A stretch of 57,031 nt of DNA, counting the filler, from Sphacelaria rigidula (taxonomy: Eukaryota): the NCBI GenBank assembly GCA_964200075.2. It is 8 parts of 8 records of this genome, joined end to end, with 100 filler letters (N's around TTAATTAATTAA, not from the genome) between each part and the next. Parts side by side here need not be neighbours in the genome. Positions count along the whole stretch, not along the records: positions 7,143 to 14,184 come from CAXNAA020016800.1; positions 14,285 to 21,326 come from CAXNAA020016801.1; positions 21,427 to 28,467 come from CAXNAA020016802.1; 5 more parts are not named here. One strand, written 5' to 3'. Below are positions 10,862-22,509 of the stretch, piece by piece. How positions within the stretch are numbered: the first letter of the stretch is position 1; the number at the start of each line of letters is the position of its first letter. The notes beneath the pieces were generated by a model. That model was not told where the DNA came from. It saw only the letters and a list, made by a program, of their open reading frames with translations, and did no database searches. The position numbers and the translations under genes were made by a program.

Positions 10862-13137
10862 CTGCAATGTGCGTGGTGCATGGTGCATTGATGCACACGA
10901 GGGACACGGTGAAGGGCGCAATAAGATACACATGTACGTACGTCACCCACCCTTCACTCCCATCATCATCTACCTAAAGTATAGAAGCAAGTCTGTGAGT
11001 GCTTCAATTATATCACAGGTGGCTCAGAGACTGCTACTGTAGGTTCAGGCGGGAGTTCTGTGGAGAATTATGTCGGGAGAATAGATGCGATCGAAGTTGA
11101 AGTGGGGTCGAAACGAGAGTGCACCGACATGTATGTGATCATTGAAGCACCTTGAGATGTATACTGCAACGAACCGGGAGGATATACAATGTGCTTGCTC
11201 ACTATGCATGAACACCTTCCATACACGTCCGCAACCCTATCAGAGCGTTGATCGTTTTAATATGCGCCTCAGTATATCCCTCTTGCCACCAGGGCGTATT
11301 TTACACCGTACAGCATACGTCCTTGCAGCAACAAGAGTTGGTGCCAGGCAACGGATAACGCCACCGTGCTGCAGTATCTCGAGGCCAAGAATGTACGTGG
11401 CTCCGGGGATTGGCGGTAGAACTGCGACCGACAGAGTACGCCCAGCGAGAGAAGGTCAACGCATACTATTTCACAGCGCGTTGGACATCTACTGTTGTAA
11501 CTATGTCAGATGTCAGATAAACGAGTCATTGAACGGCCAGAGGCCAGGTAAAGTAGCCGCAGGTGAATCTCGACCTCTACAGTAGCCACGAAGATACACC
11601 GGGACGACGATCATAGTCTGGCGCTCCACTGCAGTACAACGAACTGATCTACATGTAGGAGACGCAAAAAATTGGCATACGTGACGGTTGCAACATTTGC
11701 AAACACACCCTCAAGACACCCATCTCCTTTCCAGGGTCGAAACGTACAAGCGAGATACCACAGTCCGGTTTTGCACCCGTCATATCAGGCAACACTGTCT
11801 TATCGTACACCATCTTTCTTCTCGCCTCCTCCCCTCACTGAATCCACGAACTCTCCATCAGGGCAGACATCGTCGCCGGTTTTGTAGTGTCCAAACCGTC
11901 ACTTATCTCGCCGAAATCGGTGACAAGGGTGAGATAAGTTCCGGTTCGCAGCAAGTGAGCTCTTGTCTTCGCAGCACTGAGCCAGAGTGCATGCATGAAA
12001 GATATATGGAGGACTGTTTATGAAAAAAATCCATCACGTTGCTTCTTCACAATTGGGAACGGCGAACGAGGGTTATCTACATCAGCAGATGATAGCGTCT
12101 GAGGCCACGAGGCATCGATCCTTTGGTCGGGTTGTAAATTTATTTTACAGCGTGCCGGAACGATACCAGGTTATCCAACGCCTGCGCAATCCGAACATGA
12201 AGCGCTTTCGTCCGGAGGCGAAAGACTCGCGTTTCATCATCCTAAGAGTACCACAACCTCTGGGCTCGGATCTTCAACCTTCTGAAGGTCTCTAGTTTCC
12301 TCGGTGCCTTCGGGGGGTACCATTTCGCACGATTCCGAGCACTATTATTTTTGTTCGTTCCTAGAAAATAATTCGGTCACATATTTCGGGGTTCCCTGTT
12401 ACTACTCTTCTATTAAATAACTCCCAGCGGCCGCGACCTCCACGTACAGACGTGTTCACAATTCCAGGTATATCGAGAACATACCTTCTAAATTCAAGAG
12501 CGTATCCTGGCGTATCCTCGAAATTTAGCTTCAACATGAAAACAAGGTTCAACTCCAAAACAGTGCTTTCCATGACCTCGATTCAAGTAAGTCATGACAG
12601 ATATTTTTCACATGGAACAACGTTTTCGTGAAATTGAGAGTTGTTGAAGGTACGATTGGGAGTGAAAAGAGGTCAGTTAGTGAATAAGTCGTTTCAGTTC
12701 CGAAATGACCTCCACGAGGCCCAATATTCTCTCTGTAGTAGCTTGCCACTGAGGCCCTCGATACCCCTGAGTCAATCTGTTCGTGAAATTGAGAGTTCAG
12801 CGTTGATTGTGTGTTCGCCTCTCTTTCTCGTTTGCACCTTGGGTGTGTGGTCCTACTTATCAAACAGCCCACGCATGGCAACCATTGTAGGTTCCTTTCC
12901 GCACCATCATCGGAATGTGCACGACGCCGGATGACGGTCCCAAAACCAGGCCGTTATTATGGCGTGACAAAACTTTTCGTTGGGCTGTCCTCGGTTACGG
13001 TTCTCAGGAAATGATTGGACGGCAAGGATCTTGGTTTTCGCAGTGGTGTTACTGCGATCAATATTTTCGCTGAATGAGACTGTATATATATACCTTCTGA
13101 GTGAGAGTCAGCTTTTCAGCCGTTTGTCGAATTGGCC

Positions 13138-13405
13138 GAGTGATGCTACGGTAGGGGTACACAGACAGATATTTTCTTAGGTTAGAATCGTTAGGAGCCC
13201 TCCATCTTATCCAGAACACGACTTATAAAAATATGCGAGAGTACGCTAGGATTACTATTCCAACGTACTGGCAATATCCCGAATAAATCTGCAAAAAACG
13301 GGGATGCTCTGACCCATATTCTTGTGCGTCTAGAATCATTAGGAGCCACTGAATGAACCAGACAAAATTTCGCGAAAAAAGTGCACCCCTACCGTAGCAT
13401 TGCTC
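13138..13405. mobile_element. Sola2-like MITE, copy 4
   Basis: Same TIRs and body with small insertions; TSD GGCC. Confidence 0.92.
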
Positions 13406-14284
13406 GGCCTCAGTTTCATCTTAAACGTGTCTGCGTAATCCTGATAACCAACCCTGGCGATCACATGGTCAACATTCAACTTCCGAAGAGTTAGTCGTTC
13501 GATGTTTAGTGCCGAAACAAAACAAGAGCCGATTTGCGATTCTTTGAAATCGCGACGCGTTTCTATCCTACACTCGCGTCCACCATACCACTACTGTAAT
13601 CGAGAACACACTGCCGAAATGAAAAAAGTTATGTGCGACGAGTACACATGGCCTGTATGCTCAAAGTACAGCGGCGCAATAAAAGAATGTCTCGATATGG
13701 TTGACATCCACACTCATTTGCTTCCGTTATTGTCATTTCCAAAAAACGGATAATATCCCGTTATTGTTCACACATTCACCAACGGCTCTTCATCCACGTG
13801 TTTCGCGAAGTCATTCCAATCAACTTTGCTAGCGCTAGGGTAGGTGATTTTTTGAATCGGCACTACAGCCTTCTCTGTATGTTCATATAGATCGCTCTGC
13901 TTCGCATCACACTTCCAATTTTCCTATCCTTTCTCACATTGGAATGGAATGGAAAAGGGACAGAAGAGACAATGAAGAAAAGCAAGAACGGCATAAAAGC
14001 AGAAGAAGGGACGGAAACAAAGTATGGGCCATAGATTGACGATGACGTTCTTTCGCGCATCGTACCACGCAAATTCCAGACATTATCGTTCTAGTCCGAG
14101 TGACGTCCTTCCACGTGCGCAAGGGTGCGCAGGAAGGCGGAGCTGAGACCGGAGTCGTCGCTCGGCAAGTTCCCGCTAGGTTCTNNNNNNNNNNNNNNNN
14201 NNNNNNNNNNNNNNNNNNNNNNNNNNNNTTAATTAATTAANNNNNNNNNNNNNNNNNNNNNNNNNNNNNNNNNNNNNNNNNNNN

Positions 14285-14559
14285 TTGGTCAACTGGGCCA
14301 CTGCCGTCAGCATGTGCTGCTGGAACACCTGCTGCGACATGACGGGTGCTTGCACTACGCCCTGAGGTTGGTCGACTGCCGCTGCTGCTGCCGCGTGTGG
14401 ATTGTTATGCCCTGCCACCCCCTCGCCGCCTTGATGTGCTTGGCTTCCGCCGCCGGCTATGGGAAGTCCACCGCCCCCCACCCCAGCTATGCCGTCTCCG
14501 TGTGGTGCCAGATTTTCATATCCGCCTGCTTGAGCCGCGCCCCCGCCAATGCCGGACAT
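14285..14559 (-). CDS. N-terminus of a G/A/Q-rich protein, cut by the contig edge (host first exon or retroelement gag/ORF1)
   Basis: ATG at 14559; GC-rich open frame MSGIGGGAAQAGGYENLAPHG...QQVFQQHMLTAVAQLT running into the gap. Confidence 0.45.
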
Positions 14560-14884
14560 GCTGTAAAAGCCGGTCAATCCTCTGCGAAGCGCGCTAGTTC
14601 GTGCCTACTTCTCCCTACTTGTGCTGCATATACCAGTCGGCCGCTGCTAGATGAATGCTACTTGTTGCTGGTGATGGTATCTGTACTCGTGTGTGGGGCA
14701 ACCTAGCTGCGATGGCCAACTTTTCTACTGGCAGCGGCACTGCAGCTGGGAAACAAGGACAGACACCGTACCGTTTTTCTGTACGTACGTCCCACACTGT
14801 CAGAATTTGTAAACGCCTACGCAAACACCACTTTCATACTGAACGCTACATTTCATGTAAAATGCTCGTACAGTACGTGAAAAG

Positions 14885-15010
14885 AAGCGCCGTGCTCTTG
14901 TGCACACGCAGCAGAAAACAAAATGGAAAACGATCAATATTTTGCGGAGGTATGGACGATTAAAAAACAGTGTTCCTTAATTGGTACTGTTCCTTAATAG
15001 GGACGTTTAC
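14885..15010. repeat. Interspersed repeat shared with 43168-43297, probably a DNA transposon end
   Basis: AAGCGCCGTGCTCTTGTGCACACGCAG...AATATTTTGCGGAG...GATTAAAA...CTTAATTGG occurs in two unrelated contigs. Confidence 0.75.
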
Positions 15011-18000
15011 TCGATTTTTGTGGGATATCTGGAAGAACACGTCCCAAGATTTGGCATTCTATGCTCCCGAAAATGGGGAGATGATACCGGGTCAGGGGGG
15101 CATATAATGCAGGAAGTGATTTTTCTTGACGACTTTGGTTTTTCCCTTGCTGGGTCTTCCATGTATCCCGGCATTTCTGTCGTGCGGAGAGTATGGTTTT
15201 CTTGGTAGAAGCGCATTTTGTCATTGCATTTCGGGTGGGAGAGAGCAGCTCGGGTGGAGCTTGCACGGTTGATGTTTGGTGAGTGAAGATTATAAGAGTT
15301 TTATACAAGAAGGTACTACACATTCCCCTATCCAGAGCGCGTCCTTTATGAGACGTCCCCTTGATCAATTAATGTAGCCTGGAATCAAACATCAGGCAAC
15401 AGACAGTTCTATACAATGAAACTGTACAATAAAATGGGGTTCAAGCCCAAAACAGTGTTTTCCCTCACATGACGTTTTTGTCGACCTTATGCCCCTCGAT
15501 CGCGTAGGTACTTTTTCAGCACATTTTACCGACTCTGTGAGCTTACAGCCCTGATCGAATCGCCTTTTCCCCTGATATATATTTGATCTATTTGTAGCGT
15601 AAATAGGTGCAGAATTTCACAAAACATCCGACGGGATCGAATAGATCAAAAGTGATCTGGAGAACTGCACTGTGGAGCGCGTTATCCCCAGGTTCCGGGG
15701 CCTTATAACACTTTCTGTGCTCAAATTTTCAATATGCTGGGTACCTGTCGTTTGTGGGAGCTTTCAATCATGATCCGACCATAGTGAAATGCTTTGGTGA
15801 AACAATGTGAAGAGAGACTCAAGGGTAGGTTCGATCAGGAGCCGAAAAGTCGAATGAAAGTCAAGGTCTTCGCATTCAGCCCGATGAATTTGTGAATTGA
15901 TGCTACCCCAACACATAATGGTTGTTCCAACACACATACAGCCGGGATCGACTCGATCAAGAGAGTGACATCTAGGTAGTCTGAATCAGTCTGATATAGT
16001 ATACGGATGGGACCCTGAGGTGACCGGCGAGTATGTACACAAGCCGCCCGTTCACATGGAAGCGATCGAAAGCAAGACGAAAAACTTGTTTGGAAAAGCT
16101 GTGCATTTACTCCTGCTTCCCGGCCTTTATACTATCTCGTCGATGCCTTAAGAAACGCAAGGCATTTAGAACCTGTTCATCTACCACGTCGCTTATGAAT
16201 TGTATATTTTCGATTTTGACACAACAGTACTGAAAATTATAGAGAAAAACATGTCATACATAGTACAAGAACTGGGATATGGTAGACAAAAACAGTCAGG
16301 CGCTGCCACGCCTTCGCTCGTTGGGTGCTCGCTACTATTATACCAAGAATACAACGACCTCGCTTGTTGGGTACGTGCTACTAATATTATAAATCACATC
16401 GAGAAGCAAATTCCTGACCTCATCTGACGAAGACGATTAAACGCAGTAATAAATGAATATATACTGCGTACCAGTACTGTATAAGGATATATATATACAC
16501 ATATCATGTTTACACCCGTGGTCGACTAAAGAAAGGCGCACATCCAAAAACTGGAGGTAAATCGAGGCATCATTATCCAACCATCGCTTCATTGTGTAAA
16601 GAAATAGGCTCCTCCCTCTCTTTTCCCCTGTCCCGCCCCGCCCTCCGTCCCAAACAGCGAGTCGCCGGCGGCAGCCCGACCCTACTCTCAATAATTGCTC
16701 GCCATCGGAGTTGTATACGCGTACTGAGACAAGAACAATGAAAATGGAGAGGGATGGACGCCGGCTAACACAATGAAAATATCAAAACACGAAAATATGG
16801 TGACCCCCCTATCACCACACTCCACCGCACACGATACACTTGACGCACCAAAGACTAGGGCAAGAAAAGACGTCTGAAGAATATCGCCCATGGCGCCTTG
16901 TTTGGTTTCAGCGACACTCATCTATTCACTGCTACAGGATAGAGGGCCAAGTGCTGAAGCAGTCGGCTGATTCTGCCATCTCGGGATGAGATTTTGCCAT
17001 ACCCCCTGCCTGGCTCGAACGTTTTTCAGCCCGCTTTTGCCGAGGTCTTTCGTGCAAGCAACCCGTTAGTATGTCCACCTTCGGCTCGTATCAAGCAAAA
17101 TTTGAAAGCAAGGTCAGTAAACATATCAACTCGTGGAAAAGCGCACGAGAAAAATCAATCCACGCTTTTGCAACCACGAAGTACTGCGATCGACATCACC
17201 AGCAAAACGAAACGGCGTATGGCGCACCACCAGGTGGCAATCTCAACCCTCATCACCGCAAAAACTTCGACTTCTCCGCGCAACTATTTCTCACGCGTCG
17301 TTCCAGATATTATTTCTTGTTTCTTTCCTCAAAATGACCCCGAAACATCAGGCGCAAAGTCATTCCGCTGCGTGCACGGAGACTCGGTGAAGTGCACTTC
17401 GATCTCCTCGAGAGACTCGAGCAAGTCATTCCGACGCGGCAGAATACACCTGATCCTCTTCTGTGAAACAACAAAAAGGAAAAGCCGAAGTGCCGATACG
17501 GGCCCTTGTCCTTGTCCTTGTTCCTGTTCGGATCACAACAGAAGAAACACTGAGCAAGGGTTTGCTTGTGAACACAAAAACAGTCATGCCGGCGCAATTC
17601 ATGTCTTGCAAGGGAAGAGCTCTTCCGGAAATGAACATTCGGGGAAAGCGTCTCTGAATGAGCTTTGCAAATGGAACCGTCCGGAAGCGGACACCTCACA
17701 GGGCATATTTATACAGTACAACAGTAGCAACCTCCCATACTAGGAATACGACAACGTCCGGTAAACGTTTGGACGCGCACAGAGGCCATCCCCCCCACCC
17801 TCCTGTGACCCGCCACACACCATAAAAACACGAGTAAAACAACCATCGGTATGATGACACCACCGCACCAGAACACACCATATCTCTCTGCTATCCTGGT
17901 CAGACCAGAGTTCCCCATGATGGGAACAAACAAGAAAACGTGAATGGCTACTACTGTACGTAGTTGGTACACACACATATGACATACCAGACACACGGGG

Positions 18001-19136
18001 GGGGGGGCACACACCAGCATCCCCGTATTTTTCTGCGTTGACCGAAAGTCATCGCGATGGGAAAAACAGGTGCCGTAATACGTAAACACACAAAACGTAT
18101 ATCTGCGCGATACCATCAACATCTCCCAGGCGCGCATCGTCCGGAGATTGTTTTCGCCTGCTAAGCGTTCGAAGCAGGGCGTGGCGGCACGAAATAGCCG
18201 TTCACGATCCAATCACGGTTGCCGCATACCCGTCACCCAATCTATACGCCGAGCTAACGTTATTTCACCACACCAAACGACACTGCACCGCACTCCACAA
18301 ACATTACCACGGTTGATATTATTTCCGTCACAGTGAGTCGATCTCTCGAGCCCGTGGTCACAGAGTGCAAGGGGCATATCATCCACACCAATAAATCAAA
18401 CAGCCGAGAGAGGAAAGCGAGAAACATCTTGACGAGAAAAAAACAGGCATCAACACTGCGAAAAATCCGTACACCAAAACAACAAAAAGGGAGTGCTATC
18501 CTGCAATAAAGACGGGGGACAGCCGCGACTCCTCCCGTCTGTAGTTCGAAGTGAAAGCATAAGGCTTCGGTGCGATAATAGCGTACGTACCCATATTTCG
18601 GCAGTATGTCTATAAAATATACATAATCAATAGCTACTATCGCATATCGATACATTTCCAAAGGTGACACACGAAAAAACAGGTGAGAACACACAACGAG
18701 AACAGCTCAAATGAGGAAACTGAGACTAAACACAACATAATTCCATGCACAAAAAGAGATATCAAAGACGACGACCACTCCTGAGGCAACAAAATCGGGC
18801 TATTCTCCGACCGTGCACTATATCCCCCCCCCCCCCCCCCAGCCCCCCCGCCTCCCCACCCGCTGGCAACTCGGCACAACCCCGGAATAAATAATTCAAC
18901 ATCGGAGCAATCCTCAAAGACCACACGAAACGACCACAAAATCACGGCGACAACAACAACAACAACAAAAACACCTAAAAGATTTTTTCGTGCGAAAAGA
19001 AGTACAACAAGAGTTTTTTTTTTCTCTTCTTGCTCGTGCGCACGCTGCTGAGCAGTGATTCAGCTACAGTATCTATGTTGCTCTCGCCCGCTTCCCTGTT
19101 TGCGCAATTCGTGCCATGTCAGGAAACACGTTCTTC

Positions 19137-19367
19137 CCAGTTACAGGTGGTGTGGCGGACGAAGGACGGTGGGCTATTCGACTATTACTATTCTTGCCCC
19201 CCCCCCCCCCCTTCCCCCCCCCAGACGCCAACGTCCGCCCCCCCCCCGCAAAACGACTATCACGACCCNNNNNNNNNNGGAACCACTGTTGTCCCGGTTA
19301 CCGGTGGTGGGGGGGACGAAGGACGGTGGGCTATTCGACTATTACTATTCTTGCCCCCCCCCCCCCT
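19137..19367. repeat. Direct duplication flanking a 10-N scaffold gap (19269-19278)
   Basis: GGACGAAGGACGGTGGGCTATTCGACTATTACTATTCTTG plus poly-C occurs on both sides of the gap. Confidence 0.85.
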
Positions 19368-19789
19368 TTCACGTCCGAAGCCGCAAACGACCGCCCTGCT
19401 TCGGAAACCTCGATACACTGACCTACCTTGCTCCCTACCTACACCGTTTCACTACCAAAACCGTCGAAGACATCCCCTCCTTAACGACGAATACACCACC
19501 CCAAAAACGCCCGACATCACCCGGGCGGAGTGTTTTCAAAACGGGCTCCCCGGGCGATACAGATATTCCCCCAGAACCGCGTAAATATGTAAGATATCTT
19601 CTCTGAACACCACGATATGATGTTGCAAAGCAAGCACTATATATAGGATGATACCATCCTAAGCTAGCAGCACCCAGCCACTGTACTTGACGAGGTAATA
19701 CAAACCTGCGCGTGTAAACAATCGCACCGGAGGTTACATAGGATCGCCTCGGGATGACACATATTTTCTTCATGAAACTCAGACGGTGA

Positions 19790-20497
19790 CGGTCCCGCCG
19801 TCGCCATCGCCGCAAAACAGCCCCGTTGAAACATCTCGCCGATATCTTCCGATGCAATGGCAAATAATGCGGGACCTTGCTTGACAGACGAAACCGAGCT
19901 CGGGTTCGCCACTGTCCCGGATGGTAAATGCCCTGTACAACCAATCTGCGGGAGGGACCTCGGCAAGTTTCTCAAGGCGCTCTACGGCCTCTACTACTCT
20001 TCATCCCCGTGCTCTGCCCACCCTCCGCCCGAACCCTCTGAACCATCTACGACCTCAGGACTCCCGCATTCCGACCCCCCAATGCTTTCGGGAGAGGGTA
20101 ATACTGTCTCCTCGTCGCCTAGCTTCCCCAACTCCTCCCCATTTCTTCCACCTGCCTGTTTTCCAAGGTCTACGAGATGGGCAACTGCTGCCGTGGCCAA
20201 TACGCCTTCGCCGGGGGCAAACGAGAGGGTTGTAGCCGCAGCAGTTGTCCTGTGTCTATCCTCGGCACGTTTGATTCCTGCTGTCGTCGGCACTTCTACC
20301 GTATCACCATTGCTCGGGGTGATGAAAGTATTGGCGACGGCGGTGCTTACGCTAGTTTCGGCGGTGGGCTTTGTACTGCTGCTGCTGTTGCTGCCGCTAC
20401 TGCTGTTATCGCTGTTCCTGCGGCTGTCTTGAGGTCCCGGTCGTGGATGAGCTGCTGTTCGAGTATCTGACAGTTGCTGGCTGGTGATGCTCGTCAT
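19790..20497 (-). pseudogene. Decayed coding sequence of unknown family
   Basis: 167-aa S/T/A-rich ORF that continues after a frameshift as VEAVERLEKLAEVPPADWLYRAFTIRDSGEPELGFVCQARSRIICHCIG. Confidence 0.35.
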
Positions 20498-20874
20498 GTG
20501 AGTTGGTCTCGTTGCGGTGGACCTGCCGCTGCCTCACAGTAGGCGGGGAAAGGGTGACGAAGGTCGCATAAGTCAAAAACAGCTACAGTGGCAAGAGGTA
20601 CCACCTCGGGTACGACATGGGACTGCGAGCGATGCCATACACCGGGGATGCTCAAGCTCTATCATACACAGTGAGGGCCCGGCGTTAAGTGGACTCGCGT
20701 ATAGTACGGTGTCCGGCCACAGTGCGGTCACAACCGCTCGTCGTAACTCCTGCGCACTGTACTAGAGTAGCTTCATGCAGCTAAACTCCACTGGCAAAGT
20801 GCTGCCGCCGCGCCCCGGTGGTCCAAATGAAGACGACACGCCAACGGCGAGTTGGAGCCGAAGGCCACGCGTCC

Positions 20875-21078
20875 TCGAAGATACAATACTTTTCAGTAGA
20901 ATCTGAATCCCTCTACTTGAAAGCGTGAGGATGCTAGTAGTAATTGATATACGAAGTAATATGATGAGAGTCCACGCGGTGCTGACCCAATCCGCGATAC
21001 CGAAAGGTCAGCCATAAGCTAGTGGAGAGATGCGTCGTTCTCCTGAGACTGCGGACTGGTCCCGAGGAGGGGAGGGGT
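20875..21078. repeat. Interspersed repeat shared with 41130-41309
   Basis: Shared blocks GAAAGCGTGAG, TGACCC.ATCCGCGA.ACCGAAA, GGAGAGATG, TGAGAC, GTCCCGAGGA.GGGGAGGGG. Confidence 0.65.
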
Positions 21079-21087
21079 GTACTCAGC

Positions 21088-21326
21088 GGGGGGGTACTCA
21101 TGATCATGCATGCCATAGTCATACGACCATTGATCTCGCATCCCTACAAAGCCGGGACGGAGCACGCCGGGTTCTCGCCGGACCAGGCTCGTACTCAATC
21201 ACCAAGCACCGTGGTGTGTTCGGCGAGTCGCATGAAGGGTGAGCTGCATCCTGCTAAGATTGTTCGGCCCGAAGTCTACTGATCATCTTGCATTTGCATG
21301 ACAGCCTCCAATGAGTTGCTTCATTA
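21088..21326 (-). mobile_element. Poly(C)-ended SINE-like element, 3' half, cut by the contig end
   Basis: Reverse complement aligns to 49590-49841. Confidence 0.9.
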
Positions 21327-22509
21327 NNNNNNNNNNNNNNNNNNNNNNNNNNNNNNNNNNNNNNNNNNNNTTAATTAATTAANNNNNNNNNNNNNNNNNN
21401 NNNNNNNNNNNNNNNNNNNNNNNNNNGACAGCTGTTCCCAGGCAAGACCTTTCTGGTCAGCGCTTAACGCGGCGCGGGTCAGGAATACAATGGCAGGTGT
21501 AAACCATAGGACGCCCCTGTTCCTCACCATATCTCGCCTCAGCTTAGGATGACTCTCCTCACATAACATGTTTTTGCGACGGACACCCCCCGACACACAC
21601 ACCATGCATATGACCGGTTGACAGCAGAAAAGCTCAACTGCAGGATCTCAGCCCCCATTTCGGTCACGCCAGCAAGAGTCAAGTCACCCGCACGAGATAT
21701 CGTTTTTTCATCCCGCATACCAAGACGGTCTACACGAGTGTTTGCTCTCTCATACATCCACCCCCTCAACTTGGATGTGGTGGGTTGTCTGTTGTTCTTG
21801 TTTTGCAGACGTCGGGGAAAATCAGCGACTGCAATAACACCCCCCCCGCGCGTCCGATTATTATATCTTGCCGCAAGCGCGCAGCCGTCCTTGCTCGCAT
21901 GTGTGTGTTAGAGAACAGTCCTTGCTACTCTAGCGGTGACGGCAACATCACCCTGCTTTTCGACGAAGTGTTCTACTGCGCACAGAGGTGCTTCCTGTCC
22001 AAGCAGAGAGGCAGAGAGGAATCAATATTTGCATCGCGATCGGCGCCACAGACAGGAAACGACGACTGGGGCATCCCGCGATCTTGTCTCCGCGGCTGTG
22101 CTACAATAGCCCGCCTGCCCACACATTGTAAAATGGGTATGTGCTGCAACTGTACTAACACGATGCCAATCTCTGCAGCGACTGGGAATCGCCGAGCGAG
22201 GACACACGAAGAACACCGGCGAGGAGCTTCCTCTCCGCCGTTGCTCCTGTTACGATATCGTCATCGACACGCGTGTGCACGGCACTCATTTGGTGCACCG
22301 AATCACACCGGCGTAAGTGCGAGAGAGACTCTGCTTGCGAAAATGCTTCACCGTGGTGATACTCTTTGGCGTGAATTCTTGATATTTCGGAAGCGAGTTG
22401 AACCCCATTATAGTGTTCAACCCCCAAACATTAGAATCGACTGTTCTTTATGTACGTGGCCCACGAAGCTCCCTCGTTTCCTCGCCTGCTCCCTGCCCCG
22501 TCATCTGAG

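Noticed and set aside
7340-13405. Repeated GATGCTACGGTAGGGGTGCAC units as CRISPR repeats
   Set aside because: They are inverted termini of dispersed ~257-bp elements with TSDs; there are no spacers or cas genes
16994-18212. 249-aa and neighbouring ORFs as genes
   Set aside because: No recognisable motif or consistent splice chain; only isolated protein-like fragments
19137-19367. Genuine tandem duplication
   Set aside because: The copies flank a 10-N gap next to poly-C runs, so an unmerged overlap is at least as likely
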